The notes: generated by a model from the letters alone, not told the origin. Shown: positions 19,576 to 32,338, counted from the first letter of the stretch. The stretch is 32,459 bases of DNA from Dokdonella sp. (GCA_039915385.1 JBDSNK010000073.1:1-32459); one strand, 5' to 3'. A program made the numbers and translations.

Positions 19576-20014
19576 CGTAAAAACATCAAGGGCACGTGTC
19601 CTACTTGCGCAGCCTCTTCTGATCACCGATCCGACGGACTCAGTGCCTATTCTCTGTACGCTCATAGAACGGCGGAACGTCGCGCACAATGTGCTGACCG
19701 ATGCTGCCATCATTTGATGCAATGAACATCAAATCGTCCGGCTCGTTAAGGGTGTCCCGTCTTACCGCACCGGTGTCGTGCATGATCACCGCATCCTGAC
19801 GATCGGACTCGATCGCGACCAAGAGCGCGCGTGTTTCCGCGACCTGAATCACTCGCACAGACAAGATGAGCTGCCGAGATGGCCAAGATTTGACGATACA
19901 GCACTCGCAAGGCCTCGACCATTACACTTGGCGGCTGCGCAACAACTCTGAATGGCGGTCGTCGTCGGCGCCTTGTTGGATGTGATGCCGCCCATCGACC
20001 GAGCGCTGTCCCAT

Positions 20015-22282
20015 CTAGTTCAGCCCATCAAACCCATTGCGGAAAATAATCGGATTCGCATCGCTGTCCGTAGCCGCGTGCGTGCCGCTGGTGTCGGAGT
20101 AAAACGAGGGCAGCGTGAGTTGCGCCGACACGTCCCGTGAGGCGCCGGCGATCGCCACGACCGTGCCGTCGAGGTGCACGGTCGCCTGCGAGTGCGGTGG
20201 AAGATCCAGCAAGAGGCCGACCGCGCCCGTGCCGTTCGGGGGCGTGCAGGTGCCGGAGCAGGTCCACGAGAGGCCGGTGAGGCTGCCGGCGGGCGTGACC
20301 GTGGTCGCGAGTGCGATGTTGTACGCGGTGTTGTCGCTGTCGTTGCCGACCGTGATCGCGTAGGTGGGCGTGTCGCCGGGGAGCAGCGTTTCGCGGCCGT
20401 CGTCGATCGCCACCGACAGGGTTACGGGGATCGGGCCGTTGGCGCAGATGACGGCGACATCGCCGACGTCGTGGTCGGCGACTCCGTTGCCATGGGAAAT
20501 GAAACAGGTTTGAGCCGGGCCGGTCGGTTGCGTCGCGATGCTCACCGCATACGCGCTTGCGTAGTCGAGTGGAGCGGCGAAAGCGAAGCGACCGTCGCCG
20601 TTGATCGGTAGATTATTTGCACCGTTGAGTTGCAGCACGAGGCCGCTGCCAATCAGCCCTTGCACGACGCCGCCGATCGGATGCTGATCGATGGCGAACG
20701 TTGCGTTGCAACTGCGCGGTGCATCCATCGTGACGCTCGACCCGGTTCCGACGAAATCCGCCGCGCAGTCACCGTTCCAGCCGGTGAGGTGCCATCCGCT
20801 ATCCGCCGTCGGCGTGAGCCGGATCGTCGATGATTCGTTCTCGTCCGCATAGCCTGCGCTGCACGATCCGCCGACCGCCCTGCATGAGACGATGCCGCCG
20901 GTCTCGCCCGGGCCGGCGGGGAGCGGCGCAGCGTCGACGCGGCCGTTGCCGCTCACGGTCACGCCGAGTGGAAACAGTCCCTGGCGGCGCTCGACCGCGC
21001 CGATATCGCAGTGCGCGCCCTGCGGTGGCGAAATGCCGACATTGCGGGCATCAATTGTTGATGGGAGCGGATATCCGAGGACATTGACGTTGACAACGCA
21101 GTGGGCGTCGTCGGCGCCATCGATCGCGGGGCTTCCTGCCAGCGGTAAATGGGTGAAGCCGCGACCGCCGTTGTCCGCCAGCGGACCGAGCAGTGCCGGC
21201 ACCGAGATGAGACTGTTCCAAATCCCCGCCTGCGAGCCGGCTCCCAGGGACAGATCCGGGTCGACGGCCGAGGTCGCCGTGTTGCCGCTGATGATGCTGT
21301 TGCGCACTGTGATCGGGTTGCCATCGAACGCGGCGATGCCACCCCCGAAGTAGCTGGTATTGCCGGTGATGGTCGACTGCTCGATGTCGATCGCGGTTTG
21401 GAACTCCAAAATGCCGCCGCCATAGTCTTGATAGATCGGGGAAAGCAATGTGGTCGTGTTGCCGGAAATCGTGCTGTGCACAAGTGTAAGCGTGGTGTTT
21501 TCCCCCGGACGTCCCATGATCTCCAGTCCGCCGGCAGCCGCCCTCGCCGAATTTCCGGAAATTGTGGTGCGGTTCAATAGGGTTGGCGTATAGAACGACT
21601 CGATCCCGCCAGCGCGTTCCGCGCTATTGCCCGAAATCGTGCAGTTGTCCAGCCACATGCCGTTCAAAAACTGGTACCCGTTGTTCAAGCCTTGCATGTG
21701 GATTCCACCACCGTCCACGTCGGCGTGGTTGTCGACGATGTTCACGCGACTCAGGATGAGTCTTCCAAACGCGACCAAACCACCGCCGGCGCCGGCGGCG
21801 TAGTTGCCGCCCGCATGGCCGTTGCGCAACGTGATGTCCGTTAGTTCGAAGAACGGGACCACGTCCAAGAAGGGATGACCAGCCGCGATGAATCGCATCA
21901 CCCGCGAGGTGCCCCCGCCATCGACGATGACGCCGCGACCCTCGATGCTCATCCGCCCGAAGCCGCCGAGTTCGCCATAGGCGAGATGGATCACGCTACC
22001 CGCCAGCGCCGGATCGAACTGGACCGACTCGTCTCCACCTTGATAATTGCAGTTGCCGTTCCCGGCAGGCCAAGGCAAGGGAGAAAAGCCAATGCCCAAG
22101 TTGGAAGTGAAGACATTCACGGCATTCATCGCCTGACGCAATGTGCACGTATCGGTGCGCGCAGGGTTGGTGTCACCAGGCGACGTCACAACGACGCCGT
22201 GGGCTGCGTGCGTCGCAAAGCTGCATGCCAACGCAACAAACAGCGCGCTTCGGCGCGGACCGCGGAATGATGGTGTGGACAT
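20015..22282 (-). CDS. Secreted CSLREA-like / choice-of-anchor-Q protein with Ig-like and DUF11-like domains
   Basis: ATG at 22282 after GGGGG; signal peptide; CTLRQA; 'ISGN...GGGI' repeats; 'LGPLADNGG...LAGSPAID...CDIGAVE'; 'W.LTGWNGDC'; ends PIIFRNGFDGLN. Confidence 0.88.
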   Translation of the reverse strand: MSTPSFRGPRRSALFVALACSFATHAAHGVVVTSPGDTNPARTDTCTLRQAMNAVNVFTSNLGIGFSPLPWPAGNGNCNYQGGDESVQFDPALAGSVIHLAYGELGGFGRMSIEGRGVIVDGGGTSRVMRFIAAGHPFLDVVPFFELTDITLRNGHAGGNYAAGAGGGLVAFGRLILSRVNIVDNHADVDGGGIHMQGLNNGYQFLNGMWLDNCTISGNSAERAGGIESFYTPTLLNRTTISGNSARAAAGGLEIMGRPGENTTLTLVHSTISGNTTTLLSPIYQDYGGGILEFQTAIDIEQSTITGNTSYFGGGIAAFDGNPITVRNSIISGNTATSAVDPDLSLGAGSQAGIWNSLISVPALLGPLADNGGRGFTHLPLAGSPAIDGADDAHCVVNVNVLGYPLPSTIDARNVGISPPQGAHCDIGAVERRQGLFPLGVTVSGNGRVDAAPLPAGPGETGGIVSCRAVGGSCSAGYADENESSTIRLTPTADSGWHLTGWNGDCAADFVGTGSSVTMDAPRSCNATFAIDQHPIGGVVQGLIGSGLVLQLNGANNLPINGDGRFAFAAPLDYASAYAVSIATQPTGPAQTCFISHGNGVADHDVGDVAVICANGPIPVTLSVAIDDGRETLLPGDTPTYAITVGNDSDNTAYNIALATTVTPAGSLTGLSWTCSGTCTPPNGTGAVGLLLDLPPHSQATVHLDGTVVAIAGASRDVSAQLTLPSFYSDTSGTHAATDSDANPIIFRNGFDGLN

Positions 22283-22601
22283 GACGCCCCCTGTGGCGAA
22301 GTGGAACTTGACGCAGGCCCTCGTGCGAGGGCGTTGGATGACGCCGCGAATCGTGCGCGTCCGCGCACCGGATTCACGAAGGATCGATCCGGAAAAGCGG
22401 CGCGTGCATCCGGCCTGCCGCATGAAACCGTAGCGATGCACCGCGAGGAGGACAATGGGCCGGCGGCCCACGCCGAGGAGCACGATCGGGCGTGGCGCGT
22501 GCGGGGTTCGGGGGTTGCGTGCTACGCCGAACCCGCGTCGAGGCGTGCGTTGGATGGCGGCGCGAGGCGGCGAGACGGCCTGACTGGCGCCGTGCCCGGT
22601 G

Positions 22602-23378
22602 TCACGTGCGCGACGTCGAGGCCGCGTGTTCCAGCAAGCCGCCCAGGTTTGTGCGCCCATGGACGCCGAGCTTGGCGTAGAGGTTTTCCAGATGACGCTT
22701 CACTGTCGCCGGCCGGATGCCGAGCTGCACGGCGATCTGCTGGTTGCGCAATCCGTTCGCGACCCATAGCAGTACTTCGCGTTCGCGCGCGGTAAGATTT
22801 TCCATGGCGACGCCGTTCGGTGCCTGCACGGCGGTGCGCAGGCGTTCCTGCGCTCGCAGCCGCTGCCAGCACGATTGCACATGCGATTCGAGCAACTGCA
22901 AGCCGATGCGTTCGCCGGCACGGAATCCGCGCCGCGAGCGCGTCATGTTCAAGGTCAGCACGCCGCTGCGCGCGAGCGGAATGTCGAGTGCGAGGCCGTC
23001 TTCCTGCCCGAGCCTCCCATAGGCTTCCGCGTAGAGTTCGGTGTGGTGCCACGCGCGCCGGCTGAGTAGATCGGAAATACTGCGCGGTGCGCCGCGTCGA
23101 TGCAGGTAGAGCGGATTCTGATGCAGGTAGCGATGAACGGCGACGTTGACCTCGGCCGGAATCGCACCACGCGGGTCGTATGCCGTCGCGACGGCCATGT
23201 CCTCGACGCCGTTCCAGTCGACCACCGCGATGTCGCCGCTCACGACCAGGCGCAGCGCATGCAGCAGGTTGGCGGAAAGCCGTTCGAGCAATGGCGTGGC
23301 ATGCACCGCAAGCACGGCCTGGTTATAGCGATGCAATTCGATTCGGTTCAGCGGCAAGTGCGCTCCGACATGCGACAA
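22602..23378 (-). CDS. LuxR-family HTH transcriptional regulator with N-terminal sensor-like domain
   Basis: 'LTAREREVLLWVANGLRNQQIAVQLGIRPATVKRHLENLYAKLGV'; start codon uncertain. Confidence 0.9.
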   Translation of the reverse strand: MSHVGAHLPLNRIELHRYNQAVLAVHATPLLERLSANLLHALRLVVSGDIAVVDWNGVEDMAVATAYDPRGAIPAEVNVAVHRYLHQNPLYLHRRGAPRSISDLLSRRAWHHTELYAEAYGRLGQEDGLALDIPLARSGVLTLNMTRSRRGFRAGERIGLQLLESHVQSCWQRLRAQERLRTAVQAPNGVAMENLTAREREVLLWVANGLRNQQIAVQLGIRPATVKRHLENLYAKLGVHGRTNLGGLLEHAASTSRT

Positions 23379-23718
23379 CGGTGCGCCAACTATCGCATAT
23401 CGTCGATGCGGCGGCAGCGGCGGTGCACTATCGGGACACCACAGCTCCTTGCGTCCGGAAAATCAACCTTCAATCCACCTTTTACACAACACCGTTGATC
23501 GACAGGCTGCCAAAAATGGCCGCGAACTCTGTGTTCATAACGGGGCATATCGATGCGTATCGCAGCGCGGGTCACGCGGCCTTCGCAGGACGATGATCGG
23601 CCTCTGTCCGCACGGTGCAAGAAATGATCGGGCTACTTCAGCATTGCCGCGTTGAACTTGAGGTCGAGCAGTGCCATGGTTAGGTTTGAGTCACGATCCG
23701 GGTTTCACCAAACGGAAT

Positions 23719-24802
<1,084 letters not shown>

Positions 24803-24953
24803 AAGAGGACATCGCGACGACGATGGTATCTAATTGGACGGCCAGAGAAATCGGGGCGCCCCACCCTCGCCCGGTTTCGCCGTAACGGACCTCTATTGTG
24901 CTGAACAGCACTATTTTTTCGTATATGAGCGTGCGCAACGTCGGGAGTTTGCA

Positions 24954-26378
24954 ATGCGACAGCACCAATGCATTTTTCTTCTCGCAACAGTCTCAATGGC
25001 GATAGCCAGCCTGCCGTCAAAGGCCGTGGATGGCGGCTATGACGCAACATGGCAGAGTGGCGGGCGCGAGCTCATTCCGATTGCCTCCGGCTTCGACGCG
25101 CGCCTACGCGACATGCTCGTGCAGCCAGACGGCAAGCTCGTCGTGGCAGGCGACTGCGATGTCTCCCAGGGCGAGTACGACTGCATGGCGAGGTTGCTGC
25201 CCAACGGCGTGCTGGACCTGAGCTTCGGTCCGTATGGAACGGGTCGCTTCACGTTCGAGGACTACACCGCGCACTACCCACCGTTTGGTACGCTGGGTCG
25301 GCATGGGCTGTTGCGCCAACCCGACGGTCGCCTCGTCCTTGCCGGCTACGGCGAGTTCAACGGCGCGCAAGGCTCCGAGTACGACGGGACGCTGGCGCGC
25401 CTCAGCGCGGATGGCCAGCTGGAAGTCAACGGTACCAGCACGTACACGCCTATCGATTTCTCATACAACACGTCCCATCCCGGCAATTGGATCGAAGCGG
25501 CAGCACTGCAGTCCGACGGCAAGATCATTGTCGCCGGCGCTACAAATCGGCCAAATTCCAACCCGGTCAACCGCGACTGCGCAGTCGCCAGACTCAATGC
25601 CGACCGAACACTGGATTTCGCTTTCGGAGGCGGCAACAACGGGGCGAAGCTCGTCGCCTTCGATCAGGGAGGCGCCAATGATGACTACTGCGAGGACATC
25701 GCGGTACAGGCGGATGGCAAGATCGTAGTCGTCGGCTATGCAGAGATTGTGGTCAATGCGACATCGGTGAAAGATGTTGCCGTGGCGCGCCTGAATTCGG
25801 ACGGCACGTACGACAACACCTTTGGCAATGCGGGCCGACTCTGGTTCAGTGCTTACGATGGTGTGCGTGACACGATAGGCTACGCCGTTAAGATCGACCG
25901 GCAAGGAGGCATCCTGATTGCCGGTCTCGCGCAATTCGCTGGAGCGGATTCTGACTTCTTCATCGCACGCCTGCTTCCCACGGGAACGCTCGACAACGCG
26001 TTTTCCGGCAACGGTATTCGGATCATCGCATTCGATCTCGCATTACCAAAACATGATCTAGCGAACGATCTTGCGTTGCAGTCGGACGGCAAGATTCTCG
26101 TCGCTGGATCTGCTTCGCGCAGCTCCACCGCTGATGCATTCGCCATCTTGCGGCTGAATGCGAATGGCACGCTCGACTCTAGTTTCGGAAGCGCTGGCAC
26201 GAGTCATGGAAGCTTCTCACCAGGTACTGCATTCGAAGATATTGGCACGTCCATCGCCCTCGGGCCTGGCGGCATCTTCGTTGCAGGCCAAGGCGACAGT
26301 GGCGCCGGCACCGGCCTGACCGACTTCGGGATCGCTCGCCTCACGCTGGATCTCATCTTCGCAGATGGTTTTCAGTAA
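24954..26378 (+). CDS. Secreted delta-60 repeat protein
   Basis: GGGAG before the ATG at 24954; repeats 'Q.DGKI.VAG....ARL..DG.LD..FG'; ends DLIFADGFQ. Confidence 0.92.
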   Translation: MRQHQCIFLLATVSMAIASLPSKAVDGGYDATWQSGGRELIPIASGFDARLRDMLVQPDGKLVVAGDCDVSQGEYDCMARLLPNGVLDLSFGPYGTGRFTFEDYTAHYPPFGTLGRHGLLRQPDGRLVLAGYGEFNGAQGSEYDGTLARLSADGQLEVNGTSTYTPIDFSYNTSHPGNWIEAAALQSDGKIIVAGATNRPNSNPVNRDCAVARLNADRTLDFAFGGGNNGAKLVAFDQGGANDDYCEDIAVQADGKIVVVGYAEIVVNATSVKDVAVARLNSDGTYDNTFGNAGRLWFSAYDGVRDTIGYAVKIDRQGGILIAGLAQFAGADSDFFIARLLPTGTLDNAFSGNGIRIIAFDLALPKHDLANDLALQSDGKILVAGSASRSSTADAFAILRLNANGTLDSSFGSAGTSHGSFSPGTAFEDIGTSIALGPGGIFVAGQGDSGAGTGLTDFGIARLTLDLIFADGFQ

Positions 26379-26382
26379 GCGC

Positions 26383-26418
26383 AAAAAAACGGGGCGGACG
26401 GAAGGTCATTCTGCCCCG
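26383..26418 (-). terminator. Probable intrinsic terminator
   Basis: Near-perfect 9-bp stem cggggcgga/tctgccccg, followed on the minus strand by T7; lies between convergent genes. Confidence 0.55.
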
Positions 26419-26642
26419 CAGTGCGCGCCTGGCTCTACAGGTGCGTCGGGGTCAGAGTCACTTCGTCCACGCAGCAACAGAACTTGACGTCGTTATCTGA
26501 CAGATTTTCACGGTTGGATCATGCGATGGCCGATCGAAAATGGAACGGATTTATTTCTTCTAGACAACAAGTTTACTTCACCGCTAGTCGCCGCGAGTGA
26601 AGCTGGCTGTTTCGATCGCAGTTAAGCACCCAGTGTTCGCGC

Positions 26643-27173
26643 TCATATAGCTGCCTGGACCGCCTGCGCTTGAGCGATATGGACGGATGCGCTTTCGCTT
26701 AACCAACGAAAAAGGGCATTGCCATTTGCAGGTGCCATGGCCTGCAAGACCAGGCGGTAGGTGTCGGCCAGTGCGCGAAACTCCGCAGCCAGTTGATCGT
26801 TCACTGGCCGTGTGCGCGTGACACGCAACACTTCAGCGGCAGACAGCACGAGGCCGTTTGATTCGGCCACGTCCCAAGCGTAGGCGTACTCGCGCGCAAG
26901 GTCGATCACCACCGTTCGTGGGCGACGGACGCCAATGCTCCTGAAAATCTTTGCCGCATGCGGTTGTGCGCAAAGTTTGGCCAGTTGCGCGATGTTTGCA
27001 AGAAGCGCTGTCCATTGATCATAGGTCACGTCCCGACTCACCGCTGCGCAGCGGTAAGTGAGACACGTACCCAAGCGAATGGCGCGGTCAGGAATATCTC
27101 GCGCGGGGAACAGGTTGATTGCCAACAGCGGCAAATTCCCGGCGGCAATGCTGTTGAAGAGATCTTGCTTCAC
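26643..27173 (-). CDS. Hypothetical protein
   Basis: 176-aa Ala/Leu-rich ORF with GTG start filling the gap downstream of katG; no recognised motif. Confidence 0.5.
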   Translation of the reverse strand: MKQDLFNSIAAGNLPLLAINLFPARDIPDRAIRLGTCLTYRCAAVSRDVTYDQWTALLANIAQLAKLCAQPHAAKIFRSIGVRRPRTVVIDLAREYAYAWDVAESNGLVLSAAEVLRVTRTRPVNDQLAAEFRALADTYRLVLQAMAPANGNALFRWLSESASVHIAQAQAVQAAI

Positions 27174-27396
27174 TCTTGTGACCCCGATGTTGAATCAGGT
27201 GTCCTGCTTGTTTCACGGGCACACAGGAATAAACAGATGGCCGTCCTCCGGGACGAACATCCGTTCACTACGTTAGCCGGTCAAACGCGCTCAGCCGTGT
27301 CGTCAACACCCATCACTCTGTCGCTGAGAAACCAGACCAGGATCCATGAGGAGAAAGAAGCGTGGTTTCAAACTCCTCTCGGCGTAAGAGCGGAAC

Positions 27397-29766
<2,370 letters not shown>

Positions 29767-29847
29767 TCAACCGATAGCCGGATCGGTCAAATTAGGTCGA
29801 GGATCGGGAACGCAGCTGAGGCTACCCCCCGAATTGCAATAGTTCCA

Positions 29848-29884
29848 ATATCTTATTCCAATGCAATCGATAGTTCTTATCAAT
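29848..29884. promoter_or_regulatory. Putative OxyR binding site upstream of katG
   Basis: ATAT-n7-CAAT-n7-ATAG-n7-CAAT, close to the OxyR ATAG-n7-CTAT-n7-ATAG-n7-CTAT pattern, in an AT-rich patch. Confidence 0.7.
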
Positions 29885-29910
29885 AGCCGATCCGTTCTGA
29901 ATTTGTTGTC

Positions 29911-30630
29911 CACGCGTTCAAGCAGGGTCGGCAAATGGCGCCGTGGCTGGGCCTGGTGCCGACGCAGCACTCCAGCGGCGGACGTGCGCGAGGGGCTGAG
30001 ATCAGCCGTCGCCGCGACGCGAACCCGCGCACGTTGCTGATCCAGGGCGCGCGCAGCAGCCTGCAGCGAGCGAAGACGATGGCGATCGAGTACGCCACGC
30101 CGGAACAACTTTGAATACGTTCGCTCGATGGGCGCATGCTGTTCGGCAACGGTGGTCGTGGCCATTGCCAACAAATTTGCCCGGCAGATCGGAGCGATGC
30201 TGGCGCACGACGTGGACTACGACTCACACGCTTGTCTGAATCATCCGACGCACCAACATCATGCCGCCCGTGCGGCCTGGACATATGTTTCGATTCATCG
30301 TCAGCGCGACACGGTACACAGCAGGTCAGACCACCCCGAGGAGAACCTGACTAACCAGATGGACGTCCAAACGGTGTACCGGCTGATCCCTGGGCACCAG
30401 ACAGTCCGATGGACGAACGAGGTCTTCGGGTGCGGTTTGTACAGTGGTCCGGGTCGGCAACGTCGACTCAACAAGACCGATTACGGGAATGCAGTCTGAC
30501 ATTCGTTGTACCCGCAGCACCGACACGCGGTACGCAACACGCGCCATCAAGACAACACCTCGACCAGCAGCGGCCTGAAAGCCTAGGACAAAAGCATCAT
30601 GCGGCTGGAGTTGACGGGAAGTCTCTTACG
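29911..30630 (+). mobile_element. IS110-family (IS1111-attC-like) remnant: transposase C-terminus pseudogene plus right non-coding end
   Basis: Manual translation FKQGRQMAPWLGLVPTQHSSGG...LLIQGAR, stop at 30112, frameshift, then VVVAIANKFARQ. Long 3' non-coding region ends GTTGACGGGAAGTCTCTTACG. Confidence 0.9.
30325..30500 (+). ncRNA. Putative bridge/seekRNA, copy 1
   Basis: Closing stem gtcagac/gtctgac; two internal loops with matches to attC and to the IS end; conserved with 31508-31683 with compensatory changes. Confidence 0.75.
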
Positions 30631-30635
30631 GAAAT

Positions 30636-31088
30636 GTCAGGTGGCGCCCTTGAAGAAAGTTTTCACCTTGCGGGATGAAAGATACCAAAGCAGAACTGCA
30701 ACGATCGGAACGCCCACCCAAGCTCTTGGCTCAACCCCGATCAGACTATTGACAATATCTCCCGCGAGGTTGAGCAGCAGAATGCTGACGCCTAGGTAAT
30801 AGCCCCACTTGGTTCCGGTGAAGAAGCCCAATGCTGCTGACGCGCAGGCCAAGCAAACAGCACCAAGAAGAACGGGGGCCCACAGGCCCATTTGAGAAAA
30901 AGCTTCCCGCGCAGCTGGTTTGACTTGCCACATCGGCTCGAGTGCTGCGGCGTGCGTTAACAAAGAGAGCGCTGACAAGCCACTCATGAGCGTTCCGAAG
31001 ATGAAGAAGAGTCCGAGCGCCGTAACGCCGGCTGGCCGTCTGATCGGATGCGCTTTGAAAAACATAGTTTCCACGTGTCCCACCTAAC
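30636..31088 (-). mobile_element. Integron-type gene cassette A (attC truncated)
   Basis: Minus strand begins GTTAGGTGG (R') and ends CCACCTGAC (R'', contains the stop), complementary at 8/9; followed by ATTTC and then the IS end. Confidence 0.75.
30637..31065 (-). CDS. Cassette-borne membrane protein (about 4 TM)
   Basis: Four hydrophobic segments; fills the cassette; start is ATG 31065 or GTG 31074. Confidence 0.8.
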   Translation of the reverse strand: MFFKAHPIRRPAGVTALGLFFIFGTLMSGLSALSLLTHAAALEPMWQVKPAAREAFSQMGLWAPVLLGAVCLACASAALGFFTGTKWGYYLGVSILLLNLAGDIVNSLIGVEPRAWVGVPIVAVLLWYLSSRKVKTFFKGAT

Positions 31089-31407
31089 GAGGCTGTAGAA
31101 AATCTGGCCCCGATCTTGCTCGCAGGAAGTGAAGCGATCAAGGGAGTCGGTGATGGCGCAATACAGGGTGGTGGACATGCGTCCGCGGTTGCTGCCGGTG
31201 GATCTGGAAGCGCAGCTGATGCCGGCCTCGTTCGCGCACGCCGTCCATCACGTGGTCGACGCGCTGGACCTGTCCGCGTTCGATGCACACTTTCGCAACG
31301 ATGAGGTCGGCGCATCCGCACACGCGCCGGCGATGCTGCTGAAGGCGGTGCTGTTGGCATATTCACAGGGGATGATCAGCTCATGTGCGATCGAGCGCGC
31401 GTGCCGC
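31089..31407 (+). mobile_element. IS1182-family left end plus transposase N-terminus (truncated)
   Basis: GAGGCTGTAGAAAA end; ATG at 31153; 'GASAHAPAMLLKAVLLAYSQGMISSCAIERAC' resembles the DUF772 region of IS1182 transposases. Confidence 0.85.
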
Positions 31408-31810
31408 GCCCGCCTGCAGCATCCGATGCATCGACAGACCTGCGTCAACCACGCAGCCTGGAAGCAAGGGGTTCATTTCATCGTCAGCGCGAAGCGGAGG
31501 ACAATGGGTCAGACCACCCCGGAGAGAACCCGACTAACTAGATGGACGTCCAAACGGTGTGCCGGCCGATCCGCGGACGCCCGACAGTCCGATGAACGAA
31601 CGAGGTCTTCGGGTGCGGTTTATACCCTGGTCCGCATCAGCCGCATCGATGCAACAAGACCGATTACGGAAATGCAGTCTGGCAGCGTTGCAATCCGCAG
31701 TGAGCTGACAAAGCAACACGCAATACGGAGGACAACACGAAGGCCGGCAGCCGCTCAGAAGCCCAGGGCAAAAGCGTCATTCGCTCGGAGTTGACGGGAA
31801 GTCTCTTACG
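31408..31810 (+). mobile_element. IS1111-attC-like right-end remnant, copy 2
   Basis: Homologous to ~30228-30630 (LQHPMH..AAW vs LNHPTH..AAW); 27 bp identical at 31787-31813 and 30607-30633. Confidence 0.88.
31508..31683 (+). ncRNA. Putative bridge/seekRNA, copy 2
   Basis: gtcagac...gtctggc closing stem; loop segments CTAACTA, TGAACGAA and TTACGGAAATG. Confidence 0.75.
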
Positions 31811-31815
31811 GAATA

Positions 31816-32338
31816 GTTAGGCATCTGGGCCTCGCAGAAGATCTTGTAACGATTGCCACGCGTGCTGGAACTGCTCCGTTGCTTTGCTAGGTGGCGTAGT
31901 TTCATAGGACGACCAACCCGCAAAGAGCTTCTGGCCGTTAAACCGAATGCGTATTGCCTTCGTCTCCGGATCAACAACGATGCGCTCTTTCACTTTTTTC
32001 GTTACTGGATCGACGACTAAATCCTGACCAACGTCCTCAGGCAAGCCCGCGATCAATGCCGCTGCGCGTGCGACGACTTGTTGAATTCGCTGCTTGGGGA
32101 CTTTCCGCACTTTTTTGATGATGTCCATCGAAGAAATATCGTGCGCATAGATGTTGTACTGCTCTTCGATGACAGTGCCGTCTTTCTTCAGGAATAGTTC
32201 CAACGTATGGGCGCCAAGCCCGGAAAAGTCCTGGCGAATTGAAATCAACGCTTCGGTCTCATACGCGGCGCTATCGGTACAGATGGCTAAGCCGAGAAGT
32301 AAAAGTGCTTTGTGAATAGCCATATTGAGATGCCTAAC
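31816..32338 (-). mobile_element. Integron-type gene cassette B (attC truncated)
   Basis: Minus strand begins GTTAGGCATCT and ends AGATGCCTAAC (perfect 11-bp complement, stop inside R''); followed by TATTC and then the IS end. Confidence 0.85.
31817..32323 (-). CDS. Cassette-borne secreted hypothetical protein (168 aa)
   Basis: ATG 8 nt after R'; signal-peptide-like MAIHKALLLLGLAIC; visibly more AT-rich than host genes. Confidence 0.8.
   Translation of the reverse strand: MAIHKALLLLGLAICTDSAAYETEALISIRQDFSGLGAHTLELFLKKDGTVIEEQYNIYAHDISSMDIIKKVRKVPKQRIQQVVARAAALIAGLPEDVGQDLVVDPVTKKVKERIVVDPETKAIRIRFNGQKLFAGWSSYETTPPSKATEQFQHAWQSLQDLLRGPDA

Noticed and set aside
26560-26627. Possible attC after the 26643-27173 gene (GCTTAAC plus hairpin)
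   Set aside because: No matching GTTRRRY at a suitable distance and no core site before the gene; more likely a simple hairpin.
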